Positions 1-10,500 of a stretch of DNA of 64,000 bases are shown piece after piece; within the stretch, counting starts at the first letter, position 1, and each line of letters starts with the position of its first letter. Source of the stretch: Planctomycetota bacterium (GTDB lineage Bacteria; Planctomycetota; GCA-002687715; CAIWVZ01); the NCBI GenBank assembly GCA_044222185.1, contig JBGANV010000001.1:2112001-2176000 (forward strand). The letters are read 5' to 3'. The position numbers and the translations under genes were made by a program. A model generated the notes under the pieces. It saw nothing but the letters and a program-made list of their open reading frames with translations. It searched no databases and was not told where the DNA came from.

Positions 1-1662
1 CTCCGACGTCACGAGGCGCAGAGTCACGTCGCCCCGGTTGGTGCGGAGTTTCGCGCGCACCACGGCATGAGCGTGCGTGAAGTCCACGCGCTCCCAGGCG
101 GCGGCGTAGAGGCGGCGCAGGTCGTCGACGCGCAGGCGCACACCCGAGGTCTTCAGGCCCAGTGCTTCGCGGGCCTTCGCCGAGGTGTCGATCTCGGGAC
201 TCGCTGCGAGGCGTTCGAGAGCCCGCGTGCCCGTCTCGCCGCCGACGGTCTTCGCGTAGTCGATGACCGACTGCAGGCATTCGACCTCACAGGCAGGGAC
301 AGCCTTCACGAAGTCCATGGGGTCCGGGCCGTCGAACGCGCCGCGGGTCGTCGCGCTGATCCCCGCGAGGAGCTTGGCGAGAAGCGAGACCTCGACCGTG
401 TCGGTCGTGACGACGGTGAGGGTCTTGCGCTTGCCCTCGGCGGACGGCGTCACGCGAAGCATCGATTCGGGGATCAGTCCGAGCTTCTCGCGCTCGACGC
501 CCTGGGCGGCCTGATCTCCGGGCTTGCCGCTCGTGCCCACGGGCTCGGCGAGCTTCTCGAGCACGGCCGAACGCACGCGTCGGTCAGGGTCTTCGAGGAA
601 GGTGCGCACGCGCCCGACGAGGTCGGGCCGACCGGCGCAGGCCTCGCCGGCCGCCGAGCGCACGGACCACGGATCGGCGAGACGCAGCCGCGGAAGCTCG
701 GCGATGAACCGCTCCTCGTCCAAAGCCAACAGCGCGAGCACGGCGGCGCGCCGCACGTCGGCGACGGGATCGTCGGCGATCGACGCGAGGGCCCGCTCCG
801 TCAGCATCGTCTTGGCCGGCGACGCGACGCGCACGGCGAAGCCCGCGGTCGTCTCGAAGGCCGTGCGGCGCAGATGGGGATCCGTCGAGTCGAGGGCGGA
901 CGTGAGGCAGCGAATTGCCGGCGTTGGCGCGAGATAGCCGAGCGCCCGGAGCCGATCGATCTGCGCGACCCGATCCCCGCCGGCGACGTAAGCCGCCGCG
1001 ATCACCCGCGCGCTCGCGTCCACGTCGCCGCCGGCTCGCGCGAGAGCGCGCGCCGAGAGGCCCGCAATCTCTGGGTCCTCGGACGGGAGGCGAGCCATGA
1101 TGTCGTCGACCTGCGACGCCGTCGCACGCTTCCCGCGCACGAAGTAGTGCAGGGCTCCACGAACGAGTTCGGGCGGTGCGTCAGTCCGCCCGAGGATGGC
1201 GTCGGCGCGCGCGGCGTCGGCTTCGTTGGCGCCGTCCCCCGTTGCGAGTGCGCGTTCCTGCGAAAGGGTGACGGGAGCACCAGGTTCGAACATGATGGCG
1301 GACGCGAGGAAGTCGCTCGCAGCCGCAACCGGTGCGGGCGGCATCACGCCTCCAGCAAGCAGCCGCGAGTCGTACGCAGCAGGCAAACACGCGCGGGCCG
1401 CCGCGAGCACGACGGCGCGCCGCTCGTTCATGAGCGATGCCTCGTAGAGCGCGCGCCAGATCGCGGGGTCGGTCACCCGTGCATCCTCGAGAAACGCCCG
1501 TGCCACTTCCCGGGAAATGGGCGAAGCGGTGAAGCCGCGCTGCACGCCGTCGAAGAACGCCTTCACTTCCCCCGCCGGATCGACCTGCTGCGCGATCGCA
1601 CCGGAGATTGCAACGCCGAACGCGATCGCTGCCGTGATGCCGTGAATGAAATTCCGATTCAT
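1..1662 (-). CDS. Secreted HEAT-repeat protein with probable C-terminal cyclophilin-type PPIase domain (3' end runs off the window)
   Basis: Not in the ORF track (no stop in window); translated by hand. Begins MNRNFIHGITAAIAFGVAISGAIAQ (signal peptide), has HEAT-like units (DSTDPHLRRTAFETT, DDPVADVRRAAVLALL, EDPDRRVRSAVLEKL) and ends VRAKLRTNRGDVTLRL, like the first strands of cyclophilins. ATG overlaps the EamA stop (ATGA at 1659-1662). Confidence 0.75.
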   Translation of the reverse strand, partial: MNRNFIHGITAAIAFGVAISGAIAQQVDPAGEVKAFFDGVQRGFTASPISREVARAFLEDARVTDPAIWRALYEASLMNERRAVVLAAARACLPAAYDSRLLAGGVMPPAPVAAASDFLASAIMFEPGAPVTLSQERALATGDGANEADAARADAILGRTDAPPELVRGALHYFVRGKRATASQVDDIMARLPSEDPEIAGLSARALARAGGDVDASARVIAAAYVAGGDRVAQIDRLRALGYLAPTPAIRCLTSALDSTDPHLRRTAFETTAGFAVRVASPAKTMLTERALASIADDPVADVRRAAVLALLALDEERFIAELPRLRLADPWSVRSAAGEACAGRPDLVGRVRTFLEDPDRRVRSAVLEKLAEPVGTSGKPGDQAAQGVEREKLGLIPESMLRVTPSAEGKRKTLTVVTTDTVEVSLLAKLLAGISATTRGAFDGPDPMDFVKAVPACEVECLQSVIDYAKTVGGETGTRALERLAASPEIDTSAKAREALGLKTSGVRLRVDDLRRLYAAAWERVDFTHAHAVVRAKLRTNRGDVTLRLVTSE

Positions 1663-2657
1663 GATTTCACCTCCGCGCGGGGGCGGTTGAGCGCGAGCAA
1701 CATCAGGGCGACGACCACCGTGAGCGTCCCGACGACGGACGTCCACTTGGGCCACTTGTCGAAGAACATCACGTCGAACGCGAGGCCGAAGATGGGCCCG
1801 GTCATGGTGACCGCCGTCGCGCGCGCGGCCCCGGCGCGAGCGAGGCCTTCGGTCAGCGCGAACTGACCGACGAGACCTGCCGTGGCGACGGCGACGTGAG
1901 CAATCCAGTCGTGCAGATTGGTCGGAAGCGCCGGCGCCCCGGCTCGGATCGACATGATCAATGCGCCGGGAATCATCACCCCCGAGAACCAGACGAGCAC
2001 GGTGAGCGGGTGCTCGGTCTTCGCCAGGTCACGCACCGTGAGGTAGGCGAACCCCGACAGCACGGAGCCGAACAGCCCCACGCTCGCCTCGCGGTTGATG
2101 GTCCCGCTGGGTCCGACGATGAACGCCACACCGGCCAGCGCGACGACCACGAGCGGCCAATGCCAACGCCCCGTGCGTTCGTGAAGGAGGAGGGGCGCGA
2201 GTACGGCGACGAAGACCGGATGGCTGTATTGCAGCAGCACGGCGTCGCCGAGCGGAATGTGCTGGACGGAGTAGAAGTAGCAGGACACCGCGAGGTAGCC
2301 GAGCAGCCCGCGAAGCATGAGTTTGTGAGGCCGCACGCCGACGACGGACACGCGCTTCGCGAGCGCCATCCCGAGGAACACGATCGTCATGATCACGGCA
2401 CGTGAGAGCACGACCGACTGCGTGGGAACGTGCGGGAGCATGGCCTTGGCGATGGCCGCCATGAGCGCGAAACACGCGGCCGACAACACCATCAACGCGA
2501 GACCGCGCAGGTCCGCCGTCGCACGACCCGCGGCTCGCACGTTGCCCCAGATGTCGGCGACGCCCGTCAACAGGAGCGACAATCCACCGCGTCGCGGCGA
2601 CGGCGTCTCAGGGGAATCTGCGGCCCTTGCGGATCGTGGGTCGATGGGCGCGGCCAT
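1659..2657 (-). CDS. EamA/DMT family transporter
   Basis: About 10 TM helices; motifs LRGLLGYLAVSCYFYSVQHIPLGDAVLLQYSHPVFVAVLAPLLLHER and GQFALTEG. Start trimmed to MAAPID. Confidence 0.9.
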   Translation of the reverse strand: MAAPIDPRSARAADSPETPSPRRGGLSLLLTGVADIWGNVRAAGRATADLRGLALMVLSAACFALMAAIAKAMLPHVPTQSVVLSRAVIMTIVFLGMALAKRVSVVGVRPHKLMLRGLLGYLAVSCYFYSVQHIPLGDAVLLQYSHPVFVAVLAPLLLHERTGRWHWPLVVVALAGVAFIVGPSGTINREASVGLFGSVLSGFAYLTVRDLAKTEHPLTVLVWFSGVMIPGALIMSIRAGAPALPTNLHDWIAHVAVATAGLVGQFALTEGLARAGAARATAVTMTGPIFGLAFDVMFFDKWPKWTSVVGTLTVVVALMLLALNRPRAEVKS

Positions 2658-2819
2658 GGGGCAAAGGATGCCCGTCAAGGCGGTGCCGGACAAGAAGATG
2701 CGGCCGAACCCGCTCAGGTGTAGAGTCGCGACCAGACTCGGGCTTCCGGCGTCGGCATCGCGATTCTGCGGACACCGCCAACACTCCCCGCGGCTGCGGC
2801 AACGACTCCTGCAGAAGCC

Positions 2820-5800
2820 ATGAACACGACGCCTCCCATGCTCGATCAACTCCTCCACCACGCAGGTTGGGCCCATCGGCTCGCTCGACGGCTCGTGCGC
2901 GACGCCGCCGCGGCGGACGACGTCGTCCAGTCGACGTGGTGCTCGGTGGTGCGTCGAGGCGCGGAGATTCGCGTCGCGCCGAGAGCGTGGCTGACGGGTG
3001 CGATCCGGAACGCCGCCGCCGAGTGGCGCCGTGCGGCGCAACGCCGTGCGCGCCGCGAGGAGCGCGCCGCGACTCGCGAAGGAGTGACGCTCGACCCGGC
3101 AGAGATCGCGCAGAGAGCCGAAGGGCAGCGCATCCTCGCCGACGCCGTGACGACCCTCGACGAGCCGTACCGATCCACCGTCATGCTTCGCTACTTCGAC
3201 GACCTGTCCGCCGCCGACATCGGACGCCGACTTGGTGTCCCGGCGGCGACCGTCCGGTGGCGCCTGATGAAGGGATTGGATCTGCTGCGCGAACGCCTCG
3301 ACGAGCGTCATCATGGCGATCGTCGCGCGTGGTGTCTGATCTTCATCCCTCTCGCGGGGCGTCCTCTGCTCCTGGCTTCGCTGAAGGCCGGCCTGATCCA
3401 GGCCGGCAAAGGAGCCATGGTCATGAAACCCGCGACGAAGGTCTCGGCTGCCGCAGTCCTGCTCATCGCAACGCTCGGCACGGCGTTCCTGCTCACCCGC
3501 GACGGAGGCGACGATCTCCCGCGCTCACGACCCGCGACGGATGCCGGCGCGGGCAGAATCGTCCCCGTCGCTCGCAGCGAGCTGCGCGCGCCAGCGGATC
3601 CAGTGGTGCCGTCGCCATTCCGTGAGACCGACCCCAAGCCCGCCGCCACGGGTGCCGTTGCGTCCGCGGCAGCGGGGGCGTCGGTCCACGTCGTGGGGCG
3701 GTGTCTGGACTCCGACGGTCGTCCGATCGCCGGCGCCCTGGCCTTCGAAGCGCGCTTCCCGGAAACGCTCCGAGCGATGACGACTGCCGACGGGCGGTTC
3801 GACTTCCGGCTCGAAGACGCGGCGCTCATCCGATCGCTCGGTCTCGATACCCAGGAGCAGGATGGGCGGTTCGTCATCACGGCGGCCGGTCATGCGCGTG
3901 CGGTCCGCGGTGGTCGCGTTCGCGTGGGGACGCTGACCGACGTCGGCGACGTGGTGTTGAAGCCGGGCGGGTCGCTCCAAGGGCGCGTCGTCGGCGACGC
4001 TGGCCAGCCGATCGCCGGGGTGCTCGTGGTGCCCTGCACAGCCGATTCCCGCACCGGGCCCGACACTCCGACTCCCCACGTGGGATTCGAGGAGGATCGC
4101 ATCGAGGCGCGCGCCGTTCGCTCTCTCATCGGCCACCTCGCCGGCTCGATGACGAACAGCGAGTCAGAACAGGCCGCCGTGCGCTCGGCGCTGGGCGACG
4201 ACCAGGAGTTTGGCGTGAGTCGCCCGTGGGAGGTCGCGTCCGCAATCACGCGCGCCGACGGCACGTTCCAGGTAGACGGGCTGCCGGAAGGACCGACGCG
4301 AATTCACGCCACGAAGCCCGGATGGCTCGGTACGACCAGCGAGCCCGTCACCATCACCGCGGGGCGCACGGCCGAGATGCCCGAGATCGAGATGCCCCCC
4401 GAGGGTGGAAAGAAACACGTACTCCGGGGCCGCGTCGTCGACTCGGGTGGCCAGCCGGTCTCCCGACCGTGGGTCGACGTCGGGTTCAAGTCCACGTCGC
4501 CGCACGACGGCTCATCGAGGTTCGCGCAGCATGCGACGAACGAGGGCCATTTCGCCGTCTCGACGAACCTCGACGGCGCGTGGACGTTCCGCGTGCGGGA
4601 CAAGTCGGGGCGGCTGGGATCCGCGTGCGTGCCGAACGTCGGGTGCGAGACCGAGACGCTCACGATCACGCTCCCGCAACCGCGCTCGTTCCGGGTGCGA
4701 GCGACCCACGCGGGCAAGCCGATCGACGGGTTCGCCGCGACCCTCGTGGCGAAGGACTCTCCCGAAGACGCGACCGCCGCGTCTTCGGACGCGCTCGGTC
4801 ATTTCGAGGCCAGCGCAATCCGCGACGGCTGGCTGTCGGTCACGATCCCGGCCGAACCGTTCGCCGTCGAAGTGGAGGCGCCGGGGTTCAAGCGTCGCCG
4901 TTCGCCGGTGCTGACGCCCGAGACCGTCGGTGATGAACTGACGCTCGATCTGCTCCGCCTCGGCTCGTTGCACGGGCGGATCTCCAGCGCCGGCGTGGCC
5001 GTAGGCAACGCGTCCGTCGTCGTGCATCAGGCGCACGACGAAACGACGAGCGCGATGATCAACGGGTTTCTCTCGTGGGTGGAGACGCCGTCCGTCGCCG
5101 AGGGACGAACCGACGCGAACGGCGCCTACGACCTCCCCGTGCGAACGGCGGGCACGTACGTCGTCGAAGTGGTCGCGCCAGGCTTCCCGCGGACATACTC
5201 CGAGCCCGTCGCGGTAGATCCCGCGATCGGCGCGACTCACGACGTGAGAATCGCGCACGGTGGGGTCATCCGCGGGCGAGTGATCACGGCGCCTGGCCGG
5301 AGCCCGGCCGGAACGATCGTGGGCGTATCGCAGGGTGGGCCCGACGCTGAAACACGCCGAGTCCAAGCCGACGGCTCGTTCGCATTCGAGAACCTCGCCG
5401 AGGGACCGTGGATGGTTCGGGTTGTTCGTCGTGAGGTCACGCCGGACCGGACGTGGAGCGTCACGCTGAAGAAGCGCCCGCCACCGTTCGCATGGGACTG
5501 CCGGGTTCGCGCAGGCGAGACGACCACATTCGACGTCGACTTGAGTGCATCCGGCACCCCGTGCGTCGTCGAAGGTGTCGTGCCGACGCAGCTCGCGCCG
5601 AAGGCCGAGTGGACGGCTGCGCTGGTGACGACGGAAGACCCGCTCGGATACAGCACCCGCACCGTCAAGGGCACCGTCGCCTTGGACGGCACGTTCAGGA
5701 TCGACGCCGAGGGCGCGGGAACGGCCACCCTGCTGCTCACCGCTGGCGGCGGCTCGGCGCCGCGTGTCAAGATCCGCGACGAGGTCTTGCTGCGCCCGGG

Positions 5801-6065
5801 GGCGATCCGTTGGACGGGGATCACGCACTTCGGGACGCTGCGGGTGGGGGGCCGGTCGGGCGGCGACGTGCGCCACGTCCTGCGGCGCGATCCGGGCCTG
5901 ACGGTCGAGACGATGGTGGTCAGGGATCCGACCGGGAATTTCTTACCAGCCATCGTCCCCGCCGGAGCCGCGGAACTCACGCGAAAAACGGCCGATGGCG
6001 AGGGGCCGTCGGCGGTGCCCGTCGTCATCGCGACGGAGGGCACCCTCGACTTCCAGATCCAGTGA
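2820..6065 (+). CDS. ECF sigma-70 factor with TM segment and long extracytoplasmic extension (carboxypeptidase regulatory-like beta-sandwich repeats)
   Basis: Region 2 (LARRLVRDAAAADDVVQSTW...RAWLTGAIRN), region 4 (LDEPYRSTVMLRYFDDLSAADIGRRLGVPAATVRWRLMKGL), hydrophobic AAAVLLIATLGTAFLL, and repeated GRVVxxxGxPIAG...TxADGxF modules. Confidence 0.9.
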   Translation: MNTTPPMLDQLLHHAGWAHRLARRLVRDAAAADDVVQSTWCSVVRRGAEIRVAPRAWLTGAIRNAAAEWRRAAQRRARREERAATREGVTLDPAEIAQRAEGQRILADAVTTLDEPYRSTVMLRYFDDLSAADIGRRLGVPAATVRWRLMKGLDLLRERLDERHHGDRRAWCLIFIPLAGRPLLLASLKAGLIQAGKGAMVMKPATKVSAAAVLLIATLGTAFLLTRDGGDDLPRSRPATDAGAGRIVPVARSELRAPADPVVPSPFRETDPKPAATGAVASAAAGASVHVVGRCLDSDGRPIAGALAFEARFPETLRAMTTADGRFDFRLEDAALIRSLGLDTQEQDGRFVITAAGHARAVRGGRVRVGTLTDVGDVVLKPGGSLQGRVVGDAGQPIAGVLVVPCTADSRTGPDTPTPHVGFEEDRIEARAVRSLIGHLAGSMTNSESEQAAVRSALGDDQEFGVSRPWEVASAITRADGTFQVDGLPEGPTRIHATKPGWLGTTSEPVTITAGRTAEMPEIEMPPEGGKKHVLRGRVVDSGGQPVSRPWVDVGFKSTSPHDGSSRFAQHATNEGHFAVSTNLDGAWTFRVRDKSGRLGSACVPNVGCETETLTITLPQPRSFRVRATHAGKPIDGFAATLVAKDSPEDATAASSDALGHFEASAIRDGWLSVTIPAEPFAVEVEAPGFKRRRSPVLTPETVGDELTLDLLRLGSLHGRISSAGVAVGNASVVVHQAHDETTSAMINGFLSWVETPSVAEGRTDANGAYDLPVRTAGTYVVEVVAPGFPRTYSEPVAVDPAIGATHDVRIAHGGVIRGRVITAPGRSPAGTIVGVSQGGPDAETRRVQADGSFAFENLAEGPWMVRVVRREVTPDRTWSVTLKKRPPPFAWDCRVRAGETTTFDVDLSASGTPCVVEGVVPTQLAPKAEWTAALVTTEDPLGYSTRTVKGTVALDGTFRIDAEGAGTATLLLTAGGGSAPRVKIRDEVLLRPGAIRWTGITHFGTLRVGGRSGGDVRHVLRRDPGLTVETMVVRDPTGNFLPAIVPAGAAELTRKTADGEGPSAVPVVIATEGTLDFQIQ

Positions 6066-6183
6066 AGCCGCCCGGGTCGGTGCCGACGTCGGCTTCCGCG
6101 TCGCCTCTCACAAACGACCGCGGCATGACCCTGGTTCATCGTCGAGACCACGTATCATGCCGCCCACCGAGAGGCCCCACGGA

Positions 6184-6846
6184 ATGCCCGAAAAGGAATC
6201 CATCACCGTCTATCTCGTCGATGACCAGGCCATGATCCGGGCCGCATTCGCGAGCTGGATCCGCCAGTCAGATGGGATGACGGTGGTCGGAGAACAGGGC
6301 GATCCCCGTATCGCCATCACCGAGATCGCGCGTATCCGACCGGACGTCGTGATCCTCGACATCGCCATGCCGGGGCTTTCGGGTCTCGACGCCATCCCTT
6401 CGATCCGCGAGAAGAACCCCCACGGTCGCGTGCTCATGATGAGCAACCACGAGGGCGAGACGTTCGTTCAGCAGGCGCTCACGCAGGGGGCTGACGGCTA
6501 CCTCTCGAAGGATTCGAAGCCCGAGGAGCTGGTACTCGCGATCAAGTCCGTGCGACGCGGGATGCCGTACATCTCGCCCAAGGTTGCCGGCGGCCTGCTG
6601 CCGCGCGCCAAACCGCGCGAAGACGCGCCCGCGACGAGCAGTGGCGTTCAGTCGCTGACGGGTCGTGAGCGGGAGGTGTTCCTCCTCCTCGCCGTCGGCA
6701 AGAGCAACAAGGAGATCGCGCGCGAACTCGGCATGTCCATCGGGACTGCCAAGAAGCATCGCGAGAACCTCCAGCGCAAGCTCGACTGCCACTCGCCCGC
6801 CGACCTCGCCCGCCTCGCGATTCGCGAAGGCCTCCTGGGCGCCTGA
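6184..6846 (+). CDS. NarL/LuxR-family response regulator
   Basis: Receiver domain (LVDDQ, ILDIAMP, GYLSK) plus LuxR HTH (LTGREREVFLLLAVGKSNKEIARELG). Start trimmed to MPEKES. Confidence 0.93.
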   Translation: MPEKESITVYLVDDQAMIRAAFASWIRQSDGMTVVGEQGDPRIAITEIARIRPDVVILDIAMPGLSGLDAIPSIREKNPHGRVLMMSNHEGETFVQQALTQGADGYLSKDSKPEELVLAIKSVRRGMPYISPKVAGGLLPRAKPREDAPATSSGVQSLTGREREVFLLLAVGKSNKEIARELGMSIGTAKKHRENLQRKLDCHSPADLARLAIREGLLGA

Positions 6847-6863
6847 TCCGCGGGGCCGACCAG

Positions 6864-7262
6864 AGCGCCAGGCTCTGCATGGCCGGACGGCAGGGCTCCA
6901 GCCCTGCCGAGAATGCCCACCGGGCTTCATCGGCTGCACGCAGCACGCCGCACCGGCCGACGACACTCATCGGGCGCAGGACTCCTCGTCGATCCTCCCG
7001 GCAGGGCTGGAGCCCTGCCAGCCAGCCACGCGCAGCGTGGCGTTCCGGCGCGGCAACACTCACGTGGATCCGCTGCAAGCAGCGCCAGGCTCTGCATGGC
7101 CGGACGGCAGGGCTCCAGCCCTGCCCGGAGCGGCGACACTGATCGAGGCCGCGCCTCTGCATCGGTCCGGCCGACGACACGCACGCACGGATTGAACGGT
7201 CACCTTCAAACCCGGCAGGGCTGGAGCCCTGCCAGCCAGCCACGCGCAGCGTGGCGTTCCGG
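6864..7262. repeat. REP/BIME-like palindromic array (A-B-A-B)
   Basis: Identical 45-bp unit A at 6864-6908 and 7081-7125; identical 52-bp unit B at 6997-7048 and 7211-7262. All contain the hairpin GGCAGGGCT-CC/GG-AGCCCTGCC in alternating orientation; intergenic. Confidence 0.88.
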
Positions 7263-7516
7263 GCGCGACAGCCAAAGTGGAAAAACGCGGCGGGGGTGGC
7301 TGGGGCGTTCGGGTATTCGCCAATTGGCGCGAGGGCGGAGTGACGAACGCGGACCTGCGACTGAGGCGGCGGCGGCGAGCGCTGAATCCAATCCGGCACC
7401 CTGGTGCAGTCGATCGACGCCGACTATTCTCCTGCCTCGAAGCGTCGGCACGGTCGCCCGCCACGCTTCTCGACGGCGCCCCACCCGCCGATTTCGCGCG
7501 CGACGTCCCGCTCGCC

Positions 7517-10500
7517 ATGCCAACAAGAAGAAGGTGCACGGTCCCGGTTGGGGTCGTGTTTCTCTGTCTCGTTTCGGTACTGAAGGCGCAGACGACCGTC
7601 ACGTTCCAAGCAGGCGGTGCTGCCGGAACGACGAACACGCTCTGCAGGTCCTGCTACATCAACCAGACTGCGGCCATCACCGGCGGCAGTGCTTGGGTGG
7701 CCGAGTCGAACACGCTCGTCATCCAGAACCAGGGTGGCGTCGGACTCGTCGACTTCCCGGACGTCATCGGCACCGGAAGCGGCCGCATCCCACCAGGCTC
7801 GACGATCACGAGTGCCGTGCTGCAGCTCTACTGCCTCTCGGCAAACGGGACGCTTTCGTCTGCGCGCACCATCACGTGCACCCCGATCAAGGACATGGAC
7901 CGCCTCGGCACCTGGCGTGAGCCCGAGATTCCGACGACCGTCGCGACGGGCGTCGAACAGGGCGTGATGTGGCGCCGCCGCAACCGTTATCGCGACGCAA
8001 GCGGGCAACTGACCGACGACGTGCCGTGGGACCTCGGAACGAGCACCGGGCCGTCACTCGCGAACGACCCGTCGATCGTCGCCGCGTTCCCCACGATCGT
8101 GTCGTCGTTCACGTCGACGCCCTCGTCCGGCACGACCGGGATCAACTTGTTTCACACGTGGAACGTCACGACGGCCGTGAGTTTCTGGGCACAAGGGCTT
8201 CCGAATCAGGGGTTCCACTTGTCCTCGAGCTCGACGCAGGCGTTGAACTACGCCTCGGACGATCACGCGACCGTCGCACAACGTCCCAAACTCGTCGTCA
8301 CGTACGTCCCACCCGGCCCCGGAGTGCAGCCATTCAATCACGTACCCGTTCTCGGCAACGTGGGCGCGCTCAGCACCACCGTCGGCGTCGACATCCCGAT
8401 CATCCTCGCGGCCGCCGACCCCGATCCCACGCCACTCGAGTTCCTCATCACGACGAACCCGCTGAAGGGCACGATCGTCGGGACACCTCCGTACATCACC
8501 TACCGGCCGAATCCCGGCGCGACGGGAGCGGACTCGTTCGCATGGACCGCTCGCGACCAGGTGACGACGGCCTACCCGCAGACCGTCGCGATCAACATCG
8601 CCACGAGCGCCTCGACGGTGACGGCGACCTTCCAGGAGGGCGTCGCGCCAGCGGCGAACCTCGCAGTCGGTGCGACGAAGAACTGCTCGACGGATTTCGT
8701 CGCGGCGCCGGGCCCGCAGCGTTGCATCAACGACATCGAGGTCCGCATCATCCCCGACTATCGCCAGGGCTTCCTCCAGTTCCCCCAACTGATCGGGAGC
8801 GGCGTGGGCCAGGTTCCCGCGGGCTCCAACGTCCTGTCGGCGCGGCTCGAGCTCAAGACGAAAGACATCTGGACGGCCGGTAGCCCGGAGCGCGTCATCC
8901 AGCTCCGCCGGATACTCGACCCGCTGGCCCGCGGAACGTCGTGGACCGAGCCACCGACGCTCACGCCGATCGAGCCCACGGGCTGTACGTCGTGCGCCGT
9001 CTCGTTCAGCTACCCGGACTCCACGCAAACGTCGCAGCCGTGGCACATCCCGGGCGGCGACGTCCACCCCTACGAAGGTTCGAGCTTCACCATCACACCG
9101 ACGGAAAGCGGCCAGATCTGGAAATCGATCGACGTCACGAACGCCGTGCGCGCGTGGGCTTCTGGTGAGCCGAACTTCGGTTGGCAGATCCGGATGCCGA
9201 ATCTGAACGCGAGCGCGAGCGGCATCGTCCTGTGGACCGACGACGCGACGGCGCCCGCCGATCGCCCGCGGTTGAGCGTGAGCTATCGCCCTGCAGGCCC
9301 CCTGGCCGGCGCACCGCCGCACGTGATCGCCGGGCCGGCACAGCTCGTGTTCTCCGACCAGACGGTGACTCTGGACGGGCAAGGAACGACGTACCCCGGT
9401 GGGACGCTCGCCTCGACGATCTGGCTGCAAGTCGCCGGACCTGCCGTCCAGCTCTCTTCCACCTCGTCGATGACGACGACGTTCACGGCGCCCCACGTCG
9501 CGGGCACGAGCAACGTCGAGCTGCGCTTCGTGCTCGGCGTCATCGACAACACGGGTCACTACGCAGCAGACACGGTGCGGATCATCGTGCAACCCCAGCC
9601 CGGCTCGGGGTCGATCCCCTCGCCCACCGTCAGCGCCGGCGCAAATCGAACGGACCCCGAGCTCACGACCGTCACCCTGAACGGCACGGCGTCGGGCGGC
9701 ACCGGCGCGCAGAACCTCAGCGTTCGCTGGACGCAGTTGTCGGGCCCGCACGTCATCATGACCGGGGCGCAGACCCTCACGCCCAGTTTCATCACGCCTC
9801 CGCTCGCCGTTCCGAGCACGCCGCTCGTCTTCGACCTCGCGGTGACGGACGACGGCGTGACACCGCCCCTCGTCTCGGTCGTTCACGACACGATCACCGT
9901 GACCGTGACCAACGCTTTCAATTCGCCGCCCAACCCATCCACCGCCGGCACGCCGTCCACCGTCGAGTCGGGATCGTGGATGGTGCTCGACGGCTCGTCC
10001 AGCACCGACCCGCAAGGTCAAGTGCTTTCCTTCGCCTGGTCGCAGGTGTCGCCGTCCTCGCCGGCTATCCCGCTTTCGGCCTACGTCACTCACCCGTCAG
10101 TCACCGCGGCGCACACTCCGCTGCTCGCGCCGCAGGTGGCAGCGCCGACGGTGTTCACGTTCCACCTCGTGGTGAGCGACGGCGAGCTCTCGGCCTCGAC
10201 GAACGTCTCCGTCACGGTGACGCCGTCGCCTCAGCCGTTCCAAGGCACGAACTCCATGACGCCCTACAGGGACCAGCTCTCACGGGAGGAAGCGCAGCAT
10301 CTGCTCCGCCGGATGGGAACCGGGTGGCACCCCGACGACGTGGCCCAGGTCCGGAGTGCGGGCCTCGCGGCGACCGTAGCCTCCGCGGTCGTGCCGGCCC
10401 CGCGTCTTGTCGGCGGGCAACTGTCGCCAGCGCTCCAGGAAGCACTGTTCTATGCGTCCACGGTCTCGTTCCCGTTCCTGGGGCCGCCCCCGATCTTCAA

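Noticed and set aside
67-1866. 599-aa plus-strand ORF
   Set aside because: Arg-rich antisense shadow of the minus-strand HEAT protein.
6064-6096. Terminator after the ECF gene
   Set aside because: The GAAGCCG/CGGCTTC stem has no U-tract; not enough support.
6864-7262. CRISPR array or integron attC cassettes
   Set aside because: Units alternate in orientation with uneven spacing; there are no cassette ORFs, attC core sites or integrase.
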